DNA of 64,000 nt from assembly GCA_964016885.1 (NCBI GenBank), contig OZ024741.1:279124001-279188000 (forward strand). The letters are read 5' to 3'. The translations under genes were made by a program, and so were the position numbers. The notes beneath the pieces are model-generated. The model saw nothing but the letters and a program-made list of their open reading frames with translations, was not told the DNA's origin and made no database searches. Each line of letters starts with the position of its first letter. The stretch's first letter is position 1. The DNA comes from Eledone cirrhosa (taxonomy: Eukaryota). Positions 29,073 to 44,600 of this stretch are shown one piece after another.

Positions 29073-29415
29073 GTAAGTTCTACTGATTGAAATTGGGTGG
29101 AAGAATGGAAGGGCTGAGGGTAGATGTAGGGTAATGTCAATCAATACAGAACATTGCATTCTTCAATCCCAACACAGCTTTTTGTTTAGACGTTTCGTTG
29201 GTTTGTTTGTTTTTCGTGTGTTTTTATTATATGTCAATCTGTGTGTCAATGTGTATGTGTATGTATGTGTGTCTGAGTGTATAAACGTATGAGTGTTTGT
29301 GTGTGTGTGCTTTTCATGTCATAATGGTACATGGAATAATTCCGTTTTCGTTCTAGACACCCAATCAAGCTGGACAACACACACACAGAGACACACACAC
29401 ACACACAAACAAACG

Positions 29416-29464
<49 letters not shown>

Positions 29465-29516
29465 TATACATATATATATATGTGTGTATGTATGTACGTA
29501 TGTATATATATATATT

Positions 29517-29609
<93 letters not shown>

Positions 29610-29685
29610 TAACTCATGTCTATAGAATCAATCAGATATTAAAATATCTATATATCTATATATATCTATATACACACACACGCAC

Positions 29686-29736
<51 letters not shown>

Positions 29737-29737
29737 C

Positions 29738-29883
<146 letters not shown>

Positions 29884-30807
29884 CATCTGTGTTCGTGAGT
29901 GTAACGATGTGCACGGTTGTATGTATACAGTATAGTCAAATAGATTTTCAATTTTCAAATTTCCCAATGTTGCGTAAGTCGACCAAATCTTGTTTACACG
30001 TCTAGAGTCACACTTAAATCTTCTAAAAAGACGGCAATTTAGCCGTCAGAGACCGTTTGGCCTAGTGGTTAAACGCTCTCATCCAAAATACCGAAGATGC
30101 GAGCTTCGATTCCCAACAGCCGTCTCTATCCATATTGTACGACGTAATTCTACGAGTATTTCTCCTCCTCACCATGTAATTTCACATAAGTTTTTATTTC
30201 TGTTCGTCTTATTCTAGGACAGTGTTTGACTAACCTGTTAGAAACTGTACCCCCAGAATGGACCAGCAATACAGTCGGTAGAGTGGAAACTGTGTACGTC
30301 CTTTCTTTCTCCCTCTTACTTTCACTCACCCCCTCTGCCAGTCACCTTCTCTCTGATAGCCTGCCACTATAACTATCTCTTTCTCGCTTCCTCTTACTTT
30401 CACTCCCTCCCTCTCTGCTAGTCACCCTCTCTCCGCTAGCTCACTTCCCCCCTCGTCTGCCACTGCAAGCAGTCTCTTTTCTCGCTCACACTGCTACAGT
30501 CAAGACGTGTCTGTTCTCTCTCGTCACACTTGTCAGGACTTATGTCCGAAAAAAGTTTGTTGACTTGATATTTTTCCTCTCTTTACGTTGCTTTACTTTT
30601 CGTGTCTGTTTACGTATTTTGTTCTCTTTCTCCCCCTTTTTATCCCAATAACTTATTTTAGTTATTGATCGCACTAAGTTGAGATATCTTGTCTCTAACG
30701 CGAAGAAATATCGATGATTCCTAGCAGACAACTGATGATGTATAATACCCTCTTTCTCGCCCTTAACTTTTTATTTTCATTATATATATATAGAGAGAGA
30801 GAGAGAC

Positions 30808-31612
30808 AGTTACGGTCCTTGCCATTCTGAGTTCAAATCCCGCCGAGGTTAACTTTGCCTTTCATCCTTACGGGGTCGATAAAATAAAGTACCAGTAATG
30901 CACTGGGATAATTGAAACAATTAGTAGAAACAATTATATATATATATATATATATATACTTCAATGTGATATACCTTTCATGATAGGGTCTATGACGTAG
31001 TTAGAACTCAATATAATCCGTTAGCATGTACTTCAGTGGGATCCACTGATTGGTTCCGTGTTTCGCTGAGTCAATCTTTCAGATACACAATGTATGGGGT
31101 CGACCCCATGTATTATATCTGATAGTATACAGTTCCCTAACTGTTATAGATGAGTCAATATATCGATATGATCAACCCTCCGAAATGATCGTAAAACAAT
31201 AAATGAAATATGTAAAATAACTTGCCTGGATTGGCAGTATCGGTAGAGGGTCGAACGCCATGCTTTGCAGCATAGAGTTACGGCCCTTTGCTGTCTGAGT
31301 TAAAATCCCGCCGAGGTTAACTTTGCCTTTCATCCTTACGGGGTCGATAAAATAAAGTACCAGTAATGCACTGGGATAATTGCTGGCCTTGTGCCAAAAC
31401 TAGAAACAATTATTAAATGATATAATTGTTTCTACTTTAGGCACAAGGCCAGCAATTTACCAGTACATTACTGGTACTTTATTTTATCGACCCCGTAAGG
31501 ATGAAAGGCAAAGTTAACCTCAGCGGGATTTGAACTCAGACTGTAAAAGGGAGGTAACTATGCTAGAAAACATGGCGTCCAACCCTCTACCGATACTGCC
31601 AATTCACCGCCC
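30808..31612. mobile_element. Family A SINEs: 30808-30930(+), 31228-31410(+), 31425-31612(-)
   Basis: Consensus match; the last two form a tail-to-tail pair. Confidence 0.85.
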
Positions 31613-31676
31613 TTATTAGATGATATAACATGTAATATATATTATTAAATTATATAATATGTTATATATATATATA

Positions 31677-32154
31677 AGTGCGACAATGGATCTTCACAGA
31701 CACGCACACTCTTAAGCTAGCGATTACGTAATTCAACGTGAATCGGCGTGATACAGAATGTTATAAAGCTGGCATTTTGAATAAGCTCAGTGGATTGGAG
31801 CAACGTGAAATAAAGTGTCTTGCTCAAGGATCCAACACGCCGCTCAGTCTGGGAATCGAACTTACGAGGTTACGATAGTAAGCGCCGAAAACCATAACCA
31901 CAAAATCGCGCTCTTTTATACACACACACACACACACACACTTACGAGGTTACTATCGTAACCTCGTAAGTTCGATTCCCAGACTGAGCGGCGTGTTGGA
32001 TCCTTGAGCAAGACACTTTATTTCACGTTGCTCCAATCCACTGAGCTTATTCAAAATGCCAGCTTTATAACATTCTGTATCACGCCGATTCACGTTGAAT
32101 CACGTAATCGCTAGCTTAAGAGTGTGCGTGTCTGTGAAGATCCATTGTCGCACT
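31677..32154. repeat. ~205-bp inverted duplication of a family B SINE segment
   Basis: 31677-31881 is the reverse complement of 31950-32154 with about one mismatch. Confidence 0.9.
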
Positions 32155-32671
32155 CGTGTGAGTAAAGGGCGTCACCATCATAAGATCTTGTGTCTGATTC
32201 CTGAACAAAACTCATCATTTCACTTTATGGTTTTTCGTCATTAGATAGGGGGGCTCCTATGATATGCAATATCATAGGAGCCAAATAAACCTGCTCAGAG
32301 ATGTGCTGAATATATATGCCCCAATGTGCAATAGAATGAACAGATCCACCTTACATTACCTCATCTATAGTGATTTCCAAATGTTGATTGGGGAGATGGG
32401 ACTGTCTTTTTTCCATTATTTTCTTCATTGTCTTTATCCTATGTGCCCTCTTGTTTTGATAATTGTGGGAGTTTCTTTTTATCAGTTCACCAATCTTCTG
32501 CAACTTACTCTCTCTTTTTTTAACTTCCTCTTCTACCTCCCTCTTATCTACTTGCACTCTCCTGGCGAAGGACTAACGTCCGATACGTTGAACATCTTTT
32601 CTCGGTTTCATCCAAAGATTGAACCTAATAACACTAATTGTTTTTGTATCGTTATTTGTCATTTTTTATAT

Positions 32672-32702
<31 letters not shown>

Positions 32703-32715
32703 AATATATATATGT

Positions 32716-32784
<69 letters not shown>

Positions 32785-32787
<3 letters not shown>

Positions 32788-35182
32788 ATAATAATAAAAT
32801 TGAAGACTAAATTCCAAAGAGGGCTCGATCAGGAAAATATATATCAAATATATAAGAACCGTAGAGTAAATATTTATTAAAATAACAGATTAAAGTTTAA
32901 GCAAAGAATCGCTGCTTTCACCCTTAACGGGATCTTCTGAAACTAACAAAGTCACTCTGTAAACGCAGAACTGGATATTTCAAAAAACGTTGCAACCGGA
33001 GGAAGACAGGAAGACGATACTTTGGTTCGTGGAAACGTTCGCTGGCAAAGAACGGGAAAAAACGAATAATACGTCATTAATAGGAGCGGTGAAAAACAAT
33101 TACGCGCAAAGACAGAACCACGTTTATGGTATAAAAGAGGTCGTAGACTAATGTTCTCTTAGGTGGTGCATAGAGACGTTCTCTGGCAATGAACGAAAGG
33201 TTGAGGCCAATCTCTCGGTCGTTAATTACCTCGACGTTACCCTCAATTTATTGAACGGGTTGTATTACCCGTATAGAAAGCCGAATGATACGCTTAATTA
33301 CATAAGTAAGCATTCCAACCATCCTGCCAGCATAACCAAGAACCTGGTAAAAAAACGTTTCGTTGAGGCTTTCCCGTCTTTCCACCAACGAGCGCATTTT
33401 CAACGACCATTCCACTTATTACAATGAAGCTCTTGCTCGAAGTGGATTTGTCGATAAGGTAGCTTATACAGAGTACGAAAATAGACCTAGAAGAAATAGA
33501 TCCCGTCGCATTTGTTGGTTTTACCCACCATATAATATGGAGGTGGCCACACCATTAGCTAAGATCTTTCTTTCCCTTATTACGAAGTTTTTTCCCACTA
33601 CACATAAATATAGTAAAATTTTTAATAGAAATACTATTAAAATTTCTTACTCTACGACTCCTAACCTTGCACATAACATCACAGCTTCAAATTTAGCTAA
33701 ACTACCTAGCCGTAGGAACACGTGCAACCCTGTAGTTAGTACTAACTGTAATTGTAGGAATCGGGCTGATTGCCCCCTATCCGGGAAATGCCTCTCTAGT
33801 AACATTGTCTACAAATGTAAGGTTGTAACACCCACGTCCCGTAGGGCCTACATAGGGTTAACCGCCAATAGTTTCAAGCAGCGTCTTTACATGCATACCC
33901 ATTCTTTTCGTTACCCTCTAAGAAGGAATATGACGTCACTTTCAGCTTATATCTGGAGTCTAAAAGACAACCACACCCAATATAAGTTACACTGGGAGAT
34001 CCTAGCTAGGGCTAGATCGTATTACGGAAATAAAAGACCATGTGACCTCTGCGCCGCTGAGGCCCTGGAAATACTCTACGCCACAGACCACATCTTAAAC
34101 AAAAAATCTGAGGCAATTTCGGCCTGTAAACATAAATTGCACAAAACTTTCCTGTATTACAGCCCCACGTTATACTCTAACGGATAGCACGATCTATACG
34201 TGGATATTTTACGTCTTGATTTGGGAGCTAAGTATATGTTTTGTTTATTCCTTTACTTATTTGCATAGGTAAGTATATTTTACCCGTATGGTTTGTGAAG
34301 GTATGTATACCTTCTCGTACGTATATTTGACTGTTATGGCGTATAATTTTTACATATTCTGGTATTTAGGGTTTGGCTATGTGTATACGGGAGTTTTGCG
34401 TCTGTGTGAGTATGCAGGTTCGTACGTATGGTGGGTGTGTGTATATGTGTACTTCTTGTTTTAGTTGACTTACGTCTCCGAACATTCGTGTATTTATTTG
34501 TAGGTATGTGTGTGCGCTTGTTATATACGTATTTATTTACTTATATACGTTTATATAATTATTTATTTATTTGTACACAAGCATACACACACACACATAT
34601 TTATATGTGCGTGGTTTTGTATACCTATGGTAAGGTTTTGCGTATGCTTGTGTATGTACGTATCTGTTTGCGTGTATGTATTTATTTGTTTCTATTACTT
34701 CTGTATTGTATTTATTTACTTTGTTCTTAACTCTGTAGCGGAGATTCATTTGGTCTCCTAGTTAGAATTTTAGTCTACGACTTCTGCTATACCATTTACG
34801 TGGTTTTGTCTTTGCGTGCTATTGTTCTCCACACTCCACATATGACTTATTATCTTCGTTTTTTCGTTCATTGCCAGAGAACGTCTCTATGCACCACCTA
34901 AGAGAACATTAGTCTACGACCTCTTTTATACCATAAACGTGGTTCTGTCTTTGCGCGTAATTGTTTTTCACCGCTCCTATTAATGACGTATTATTCGTTT
35001 TTTCCCGTTCTTTGCCAGCGAATGTTTCCACGAACCAAAGTATCGTCTTCCTGTCTTCCTCCGGTTGCAACGTTTTTTGAAATATCCAGTTCTGCGTTTA
35101 CAGAGTGACTTTGTTAGTTTCAGAAGATCCCGTTAAGGGTGAAAGCAGCGATTCTTTGCTTAAACTTTAATCTGTTATTTTA

Positions 35183-35190
<8 letters not shown>
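32785..35190 (+). mobile_element. 5'-truncated Penelope-like element with inverted pLTRs (32870-33198 / 34862-35190)
   Basis: Near-identical 329-bp inverted repeats, RT/GIY-YIG body, (TA)n flanks. Confidence 0.9.
33200..34187 (+). pseudogene. Penelope RT C-terminus plus GIY-YIG endonuclease, one frameshift near 33355
   Basis: VNYLDVTLNL..YRKPN..YISKHSNHP; then WFYPPY, CNCR..CPL..C, IVYKC..AYIGLTANSFKQR..H. Confidence 0.92.
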
Positions 35191-35260
<70 letters not shown>

Positions 35261-35261
<1 letters not shown>

Positions 35262-36026
35262 CTATAAAGCTGACGGCCGTATGTAGGTTACAAACTCTCC
35301 GCCAAACGGCTGGACCAAGCACCATCAAATTTGCACCATGGATGTTACTTTTTCCAAGTAAAAAAATTAGGGTATTTTCGTCTACTGAATTTTGTTAAAA
35401 GATTAAAGATATTATTTAAATATTCACTTCTTTAAAATTTTCAAATGTCAACACTTCCGGTTATACGACATTCCTAACGTCTTCACGAACCAAAGTATCA
35501 TCTTCCTGTTTTCTTTCGGTTGCAACGTTTTTCGAAATATTTACTTCTGCGTTCACAGATTGATTTTTTTAGTTTCAGAAGATCCCGTTAAAGGTGAAAG
35601 CAGCGATTCTTTGCTTAAACTTTAATCTGTTATTTTACTATATATATATATATAATTATATATTCGTGTACAGATATTTTTGCATACACAAAAACAAAAT
35701 ATAAACAAACGTATTTATTTCACGAAAGCACAGACGGCTTATCGTCATTGTTACTGCCGATATGCCACCCAAAAAGTCCTAGCCTGGCCGCAAGATCAGA
35801 TTTTCCAGAAGAAAAAATGTTACTAGAGCAACAGAGAGACTAAGCTTCGCGATTACCATCAACAAAGCTCAAGGTCAAACCCTAAAAGTGACTGGCCTTC
35901 ATCTGGGAAAACCATGGTCAATTGCATGTAGGAAGCTCTGGGGTGAGCTCGCCAAACAATCTTTTCATCTTTGCTCCCGAGGGCCGAACAAAAAATATTG
36001 TATACTCTGAGGCTCTAACAATGTAA
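35261..36026 (+). mobile_element. Helitron remnant: 5'-like end and PIF1 helicase C-terminus (35837-36026); pLTR fragment inside at 35480-35638
   Basis: LSFAITINKAQGQTLK..HGQL.V..S.V..TKNIVYSEAL*; AAACGGCTGGACC subterminal motif. Confidence 0.8.
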
Positions 36027-36591
36027 TTTATGTATTTTCTGTTACTTGGAATTTCCATTATGGTTGTACAAATTATTGTAAAGTTTGTTAAAAAATGTGT
36101 TCTCTGTTCAAGCTTTATTGTTGTAACTATCAATTTTCTTTAACGTACTGGCTAAGAAAAGAAACCTACAATGAAAGAACATCTTAAAGTTTACCCAAGC
36201 CAAATGTTGTATTTATTAACATTTCTAACTGCAGGTTCTTAGCAAGCTTACTGGCGCCTTAGTATGGTATTCAATTCTCATATCGTTTTTGATTGATATG
36301 GTGCATATATCGCAGCTATTCATTAGATAACGATTGCTGATGCATATTGTACGACAGAATTAACTGAAAAATATTTTGAATGAACAAATAAAAGAGATAT
36401 AAAAGAGAGATGTTTGTTGGTTGGTTCCTTCGCGTATCACACGAAAAAAACGGAAAGTGACAATCTGAAAGTATGTACAGGATTGGGATAAGAGTATATC
36501 CAGGAAAGTTTATTGATACTAATTTTATGACGCCAAAGAAGAAGAAAGACATACCACGTATGCTAACCAACCTGACTGCTATTTCTAACAG

Positions 36592-36674
36592 GTTGGGAAT
36601 CAACCATAAGGGATTCTCTCATCGTTGTCAGTGATGATCGTGTTTCGCGGCCTATGTCTCCGATTCCAACGGTG
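36592..36674 (+). CDS. Candidate host-gene exon ([28 protein letters not shown])
   Basis: Acceptor ctgac..tatttctaaCAG; phase 1 start matches the end of the 29000-29072 exon; weak donor. Confidence 0.35.
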
Positions 36675-37002
36675 GTTTGCACACACATACACACACACAC
36701 ACACACACACGAACACTCACACTGGCACACACACACGCACACGCACACACACACGAACACTCACACAGGCACACACACACATATATATATACACACACAT
36801 ATATATACACACACACACACATATATATATACACACACACACACATATATATATACACAAACACACACAAACACACACACACACACATACACACAATACG
36901 CACACACTGTAAACAAGACAATGCATTCAATACAGACGTTTTCTCTTCTGTCGGTCTTCTCTTATCATTTGTTAACCTTGGCGAAGCTGGGTACCTCAGC
37001 TA

Positions 37003-37155
<153 letters not shown>

Positions 37156-37434
37156 TATACATATATATATACATATATATATACATATATATATATAATT
37201 CTTTACTTCATCGAGAAATGAAGTCTGTCGGACTAGTACTGTTCCATTCAATGTGTGTGTATGCGTGCATGTATCTGTGTGTGAGCGTGTGTGTGTGAGC
37301 GTGTCTCTGTGTGTGTGCATGTGTGTGTGTGTGCTAAGCAATTTTATTAAATATGTTTGTTTTTTTATCATTTCATGTTTCCTTTTTTTTTTCGTTGTTG
37401 TTTTAGTTCACAACTCTTTTAATTTGGTTGTTTA

Positions 37435-39870
37435 ACACATACAGTAACACACAACACACAACATACAGTAACACACCCCACACAACACACAACACACATT
37501 CACACATACAGTAACACACCACACACAACACACCACATACAGTAACACACAACACGCAATACACCACATACAGTAACACACAACACACAACATACAGTAA
37601 CACACCCCACACAACACACATTCACACATACAGTAACACACAACACACAATACAACACATACAGTAACACACAACACACAACATACAGTAACACACCCCA
37701 CACAACACACATTCACACATACAGTAACACACCACACACATCACACCACATACAGTAACACATCACTCACAACACACCACATACAGTAACACACAACACA
37801 CCACACACAGTCACACATACAGTAACACACAACACACCACACACCACATACAGTAACACATCACTCACAACACACCACATACAGTAACACACAACACACC
37901 ACACACCACACACATACAGTAACACACAACACACCACACACAGTCAGACATACAGTAACACACAACACACCACACACAACACACATTCACATACAGTAAC
38001 ACACCACACACACATTCACACATACAGTAACACACCACACACACATTCACACATACAGTAACACACCACACACACAGTCACACATACAGTAACACACCAC
38101 ACACATCACACCACATACAGTAACACATCACTCACAACACACCACATACAGTAACACACAACACACCACACACAGTCAGACATACAGTAACACACAACAC
38201 ACCACACACCACATACAGTAACACATCACTCACAACACACCACATACAGTAACACACAACACACCACACACCACACACATACAGTAACACACAACACACC
38301 ACACACCACATACAGTAACACATCACTCACAACACACCACATACAGTAACACACAACACACCACACACCACACACATACAGTAACACACAACACACCACA
38401 CACCACATACAGTAACACATCACTCACAACACACCACATACAGTAACACACAACACACCACACACCACACACATACAGTAACACACAACACACCACACAC
38501 CACATACAGTAACACATCACTCACAACACACCACACACCACACACATACAGTAACACACAACACACCACACACCACACACATACAGTAACACACAACACA
38601 CCACACACCACATACAGTAACACATCACTCACAACACACCACATACAGTAACACACAACACACCACACACCACACACATACAGTAACACACAACACACCA
38701 CACACCACACACATACAGTAACACACAACACACCACACACAGTCAGACATACAGTAACACACAACACACCACACACCACACACATACAGTAACACACAAC
38801 ACACCACACACCACATACAGTAACACATCACTCACAACACACCACATACAGTAACACACAACACACCACACACCACACACATACAGTAACACACAACACA
38901 CCACACACATACAGTAACACACAACACACCACACACCACATACAGTAACACATCACTCACAACACACCACATACAGTAACACACAACACACCACACACCA
39001 CACAAATACAGTAACACACAACACACCACACACCACATACAGTAACACATCACTCACAACACACCACATACAGTAACACACAACACACCACACACCACAC
39101 ACATACAGTAACACACAACACACCACACACCACATACAGTAACACATCACTCACAACACACCACATACAGTAACACACAACACACCACACACCACACACA
39201 TACAGTAACACACAACACACCACACACCACACACATACAGTAACACACAACACACCACACACCACACACATACAGTAACACACAACACACCACACACAGT
39301 CAGACATACAGTAACACACAACACACCACACACCACACACATACAGTAACACACAACACACCACACACCACATACAGTAACACATCACTCACAACACACC
39401 ACATACAGTAACACACAACACACCACACACCACACACATACAGTAACACACAACACACCACACACCACACACATACAGTAACACACAACACACCACACAC
39501 AGTCAGACATACAGTAACACACAACACACCACACACCACACACATACAGTAACACACAACACACCACACACCACATACAGTAACACATCACTCACAACAC
39601 ACCACATACAGTAACACACAACACACCACACACCACACACATACAGTAACACACAACACACCACACACCACACACATACAGTAACACACAACACACCACA
39701 CACAACACACATTCACATACAGTAACACACCACACACACATTCACACATACAGTAACACACCACACACAACACACCATATACAGTAACACACAACACACC
39801 ACACACCACACACACATTCACACATACAGTAACACACCACACACACATTCACATATACAGTAACACACCA
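37435..39870. repeat. Minisatellite built on CATACAGTAACACAC with a 97-bp higher-order period
   Basis: CATCACTCACAA variant recurs every 97 bp between ~38130 and ~38520 and later. Confidence 0.9.
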
Positions 39871-39934
39871 CACACACATTCACATATACAATTAGATACA
39901 TATATATACACACATTTGTATACACAGAGAGACA

Positions 39935-40960
39935 CATACACACAATCACATACACCCATAATCACATACACACAATCACATACACCCATAATCACATACA
40001 CACAATCACATACACCCATAATCACATACACCCATAATCACATACACCCATAATCACATACACACAATCACATACACACAATCACATACACCCATAATCA
40101 CATACACACAATCACATACACCCATAATCACATACACACAATCACATACACACAATCACATACACCCATAATCACATACACACAATCACATACATACAAT
40201 CACATACACACATAATCACATACACACAATCACATACACACAATCACATACACCCATAATCACATACACACAATCACATACACACAATCACATACACCCA
40301 TAATCACATATACACAATCATATACACTCATAATCACATACACATAATCACATACACACAATCACATACACCCATAATCACATACACATAATCACATACA
40401 CACAATCACATACACACATAATCATGTACACACAATCACATACACACATAATCACATACACACAATCATATACACTCATAATCACATACACACAATCACA
40501 TACACCCATAATCATATACAAACAATCACATACACAATCAAATACATGTACACACACACAATCACATACACAGAGAGAAAGACACGCACACACATACAAT
40601 CGAACGTACATACAATCGCCTGCGCGCACACACACAATCGTACGCACACATACACACACACAAACACAATCACGTACACACACACACAATCACACACAGC
40701 TACACACATATACACACACAGCTACAAACACATATACATACACAGCTACAAACACATACACACACACACACAGCTACAAACACATATACATACACAACCA
40801 CACGCACATATACACACATAGCTACACGCACATATACACAGATACACACATAGCTACATACACATATACGCACACAGCTACAAACGCATATACATACACA
40901 ATCACACACACATGGCTACACACACACATGGCTACACACACATAGACACACATAGCTACA
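39935..40960. repeat. (CAATCACATACA) and (CAGCTACA) derived simple repeats
   Basis: Direct reading. Confidence 0.9.
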
Positions 40961-41149
40961 CATATATACACACATACACACACATACACACACAACCATA
41001 CACATACACACACAACCACACACATACACACACATACATACACGGTTAACAACCAATAATAAATTGAGAAAGAAAAGAAACTAAAGCGAGGCTATCATTT
41101 TTTTTTTTCTGAACGACAAAATCAACAACAACAACAACAACCACAATAG

Positions 41150-41182
<33 letters not shown>

Positions 41183-41627
41183 TAACAACAACAACAGCAA
41201 CAACACCAACACTAACACTAACTTATTAAGTCACCATTTTATGTCAAGAATCAACTGCTACTCCTCTATATATATTCCATGGCCTCTATCTTTGATAAGG
41301 TTCCTCCTACATCTCTAGCAGCTACCGTTTAAATAAAATAGATCTTCCAATTCAATGCAATCGTGAAAAAAATTATATCTGATATGCAATCTCACGCCTG
41401 ATAAATACCAATCAGTTATGTTGGGAGGGACGGGGCTGTTGTTGTTTTATTGTTTGTTTCTTAGTTTGTTTGTTTGTTTGTTTGTTTTTTGGTATGTTTG
41501 TATTTTTTCGGTGTGGGGGGGGGGGGATTATTCTGTCCCTGTGCATGTATTTATGTATGTATGTATGTATGTATGTATGTATGTATGTATGTATGTATGT
41601 ATGTATTTATGTGTGTATGTATTTATG

Positions 41628-44600
41628 TTTTCTCTTTCTCTTAGTTTCGAGTATATTTTTTTGACCGGCCACCTTCCTGGTGGGAAGGTTGTAAAAGAAA
41701 AGAAATTGTCATCCCTTGAATCGCAAGAATGTTTTGCATATTTTGAAGGTGCCAGCTATCGCAGCCATTTGTAGGCTATGAATTAGGGAGCTGCGCTTTT
41801 TGTCCGCAAATCCAAGTTCGGTCATACTTTGGTCCAAGCGGGTTGGTATATAACCCGTAGCACCAATAATGATGGGTATGAAGCTAAAGGTGTATCTTGG
41901 ATACTGGATTTGTAAGCTCCTCATCAATGGTCCGTAGATGTCCTCCTTCTCCTGTATTTTTCTGACAACGTTTACATCAAGTGGGCAGCTGATCTCCACA
42001 ACAGAACACGTTTTCAATGTGTGGTCCCAAACTACAATATCAGGCCGGTTGTGCTTTAATTTGGTGGCAGTTTTTATTTTCAGGTTCCACCAGTATTCCT
42101 TAGTGCCATCTGTCTCAATATATTCTTCCTCGTTTGTTGTTAATTTTGTTTTCCGAAGTGCGTTCCAGATAGTTCTAGCTATCCCATCGTGTCTCATGGG
42201 GAGGTAGTAGCGAGATGACATTCTTTCGCAGCTGGCAACAATGTGGCTTACATCCTCGATCTTTGTTTTACATAGCCTACATTTATTGTCAGCTGCTGGC
42301 CCTCCTCTTTTGTGCAGCAGATATTTGGTAGGGAGTTCTTGTTCCTGTATTGCATAGAGATATCCCTCAAGGTGTGATGTCATAAACTTGTCGGAACTCC
42401 ATGCCAGGCTTTTTGAGTGGTTTATCCCCTCTATGGTCTGTGTTTTACGCCTCAAGTATCCATGCACAACTTTCTCTGTAAATTGGTCAATTTTCTTTTC
42501 TTGTTTGAACATTGAATAGGATCTTCCGATTTCTCTGGGTGAGAGATTTATATCAGGCTTTATTCCATATCTCTCCTCCAGATCAGTCGCTATTCTAATG
42601 ATATTTCTTTTTTCATGCTCATAAACCTGAGCAAGATGGTCGCCAACCTTTTTCCTCTGTTGAAGGTGTTGCTTCAGTGTTACTATCCGGGTCTCATATG
42701 TTGTTAATATTGATTTTAGACCCCGGCCACCTTCCTTGCGTGAGAAGTATAGCCGATCCACATCACCATTGATGTTAAAGTTCCCAGTAACACTGAGAAG
42801 TTTACGAGTTCTAACATCCATCTCACTTAGTTCTTGCAATGACCAGTTCAGTAGGCCAAATGTTGGCGTTATAATTGGCACAGCATAGGTATTGTGGGCA
42901 ATGTATTTGTTGTATGCTGACAGTTCTGATGACCATATTTTTTTTACTCTTCTGAGGTATTCAGTTCTGGTTCTCTCCTTATTTATGGGTCCATCATATC
43001 TGACATTCTCATCCTGTCCAAGATATCTGTAGTTGTCACCTGACTGCAGAGGTTGTATTGTCAGGCCGTTCATATCTAGATTTCTAGAGGAGGGCACAGC
43101 TCTTCCACGTTTTGCTGCCAAATATGCACACTTGGACTCACCAAATTTCATTTTGATGTCGGTTGAAAATTGTGTAATGAGGTCCAATTGTTTCTTGATG
43201 TCATTGATATTTGGCCCATACAACTTCAGGTCATCAACAAAGAAAAGATGGAAGATACTTCTGGGCCCACTTCTTTGTCCACCTTGTTTCCTGAGTAGGT
43301 AAGATAGTGGATTCAGTGAGAGAACGAAGAGTAGTACTGACAAGCTATCACCCTGAAAGATGCCCTTCTGGTAATGCATCCTATCAGTCTTAACCTGCTC
43401 CTTCTCACCTCTAAGGATCAAATTGGTGTACCAGTTCTTGGTCAGGCGTTCAACAGCAGCTACTAATGGTTGTGGGACTTTAGCTAACTGTAAAGCCTTA
43501 ATAATCCACCCATGAGGTACACTATCAAATGCTTTTTGATAGTCCAGCCACACGACAGTCATGTTTCTGCGATTCTTTGTTGTTTTTTCCTGAATCATTT
43601 TGTTAGTTAGTAGGTGATCTATGCAACCCCACACCTCCCTCTTTCCACCAGCTTGCTCAGGTGTTATGATGTTGTTGGTAGCACAGTGATCCTGTAAGAA
43701 CAGGTTAAGGCACCCAGTATATAATTTATACATGATGTTTTGGCAGGCAATTGGGCGGTAATTTTTAGCAAGGGTGGTTTGGCTATTTTGGGGAATGAGG
43801 AGAGTAGTGGCAGTTGATAACCATCTGGGCAGTTCTTGTGTGCCCTTAATAGTTTCTGTAAACAGCCGTATGAGATCTTGCCGATAGAAAGTGAAATTCT
43901 TCAACCAGTATCCTGTAATGAGGTCTGGGCCTGGCGATTTCCTATTCGACATTTTCTGTAGAGCTGTTTCCAGTATTGACCCATCTATGTCATATTGTTT
44001 TGTCTGGACATGTTGGCAGTAGTCCTGTTCCAGTTGTTTTAGCCAATTAGCTTGTCTGTTGAATCCGTCATCCGTTTCCCATACAGATCTCCAGTAGTTC
44101 TCAACCTGTTCTTTTGAAGGGGTGTCGTTTACAGGGATTGAGCTTTTGCCACCGAAGCTGCGATAAACTGATTTAGGATCTCTGGCAAACAATCTATTTA
44201 GCACTTGTCGTTTATGGGCTGTTGACTTATATTTTAGTCTTTCTGTTGTAGCTGTGAGTTGTTGTTTCAACTGGTGTAATTTGGAGTTCAAAGTTTTAAA
44301 TTTGGTATCTCCAAATCGTCTCTCTAACTTTTTCTTTAGGTCTTCCTGGTGTCGTGTGAAGTTTCTCTCTATGTTGCATTTCATAACGACTGCGATGTGT
44401 GAGATACTTCGTCCCAGGGACAAAATTTTGGTTTTTAAATTTCGCATCCACGCTGGTTCAGGCTTTCTGTTTGTATCTTGATTGCGTGGTTTTAGATGTG
44501 TGTTATATGATAGCAATGTGACAGCTGAAACATATAACAAAACATTGAGCGTTTCAAATGTCGTTTCTACACCTTTAGATCGTATAGCCTTCAGATAATT

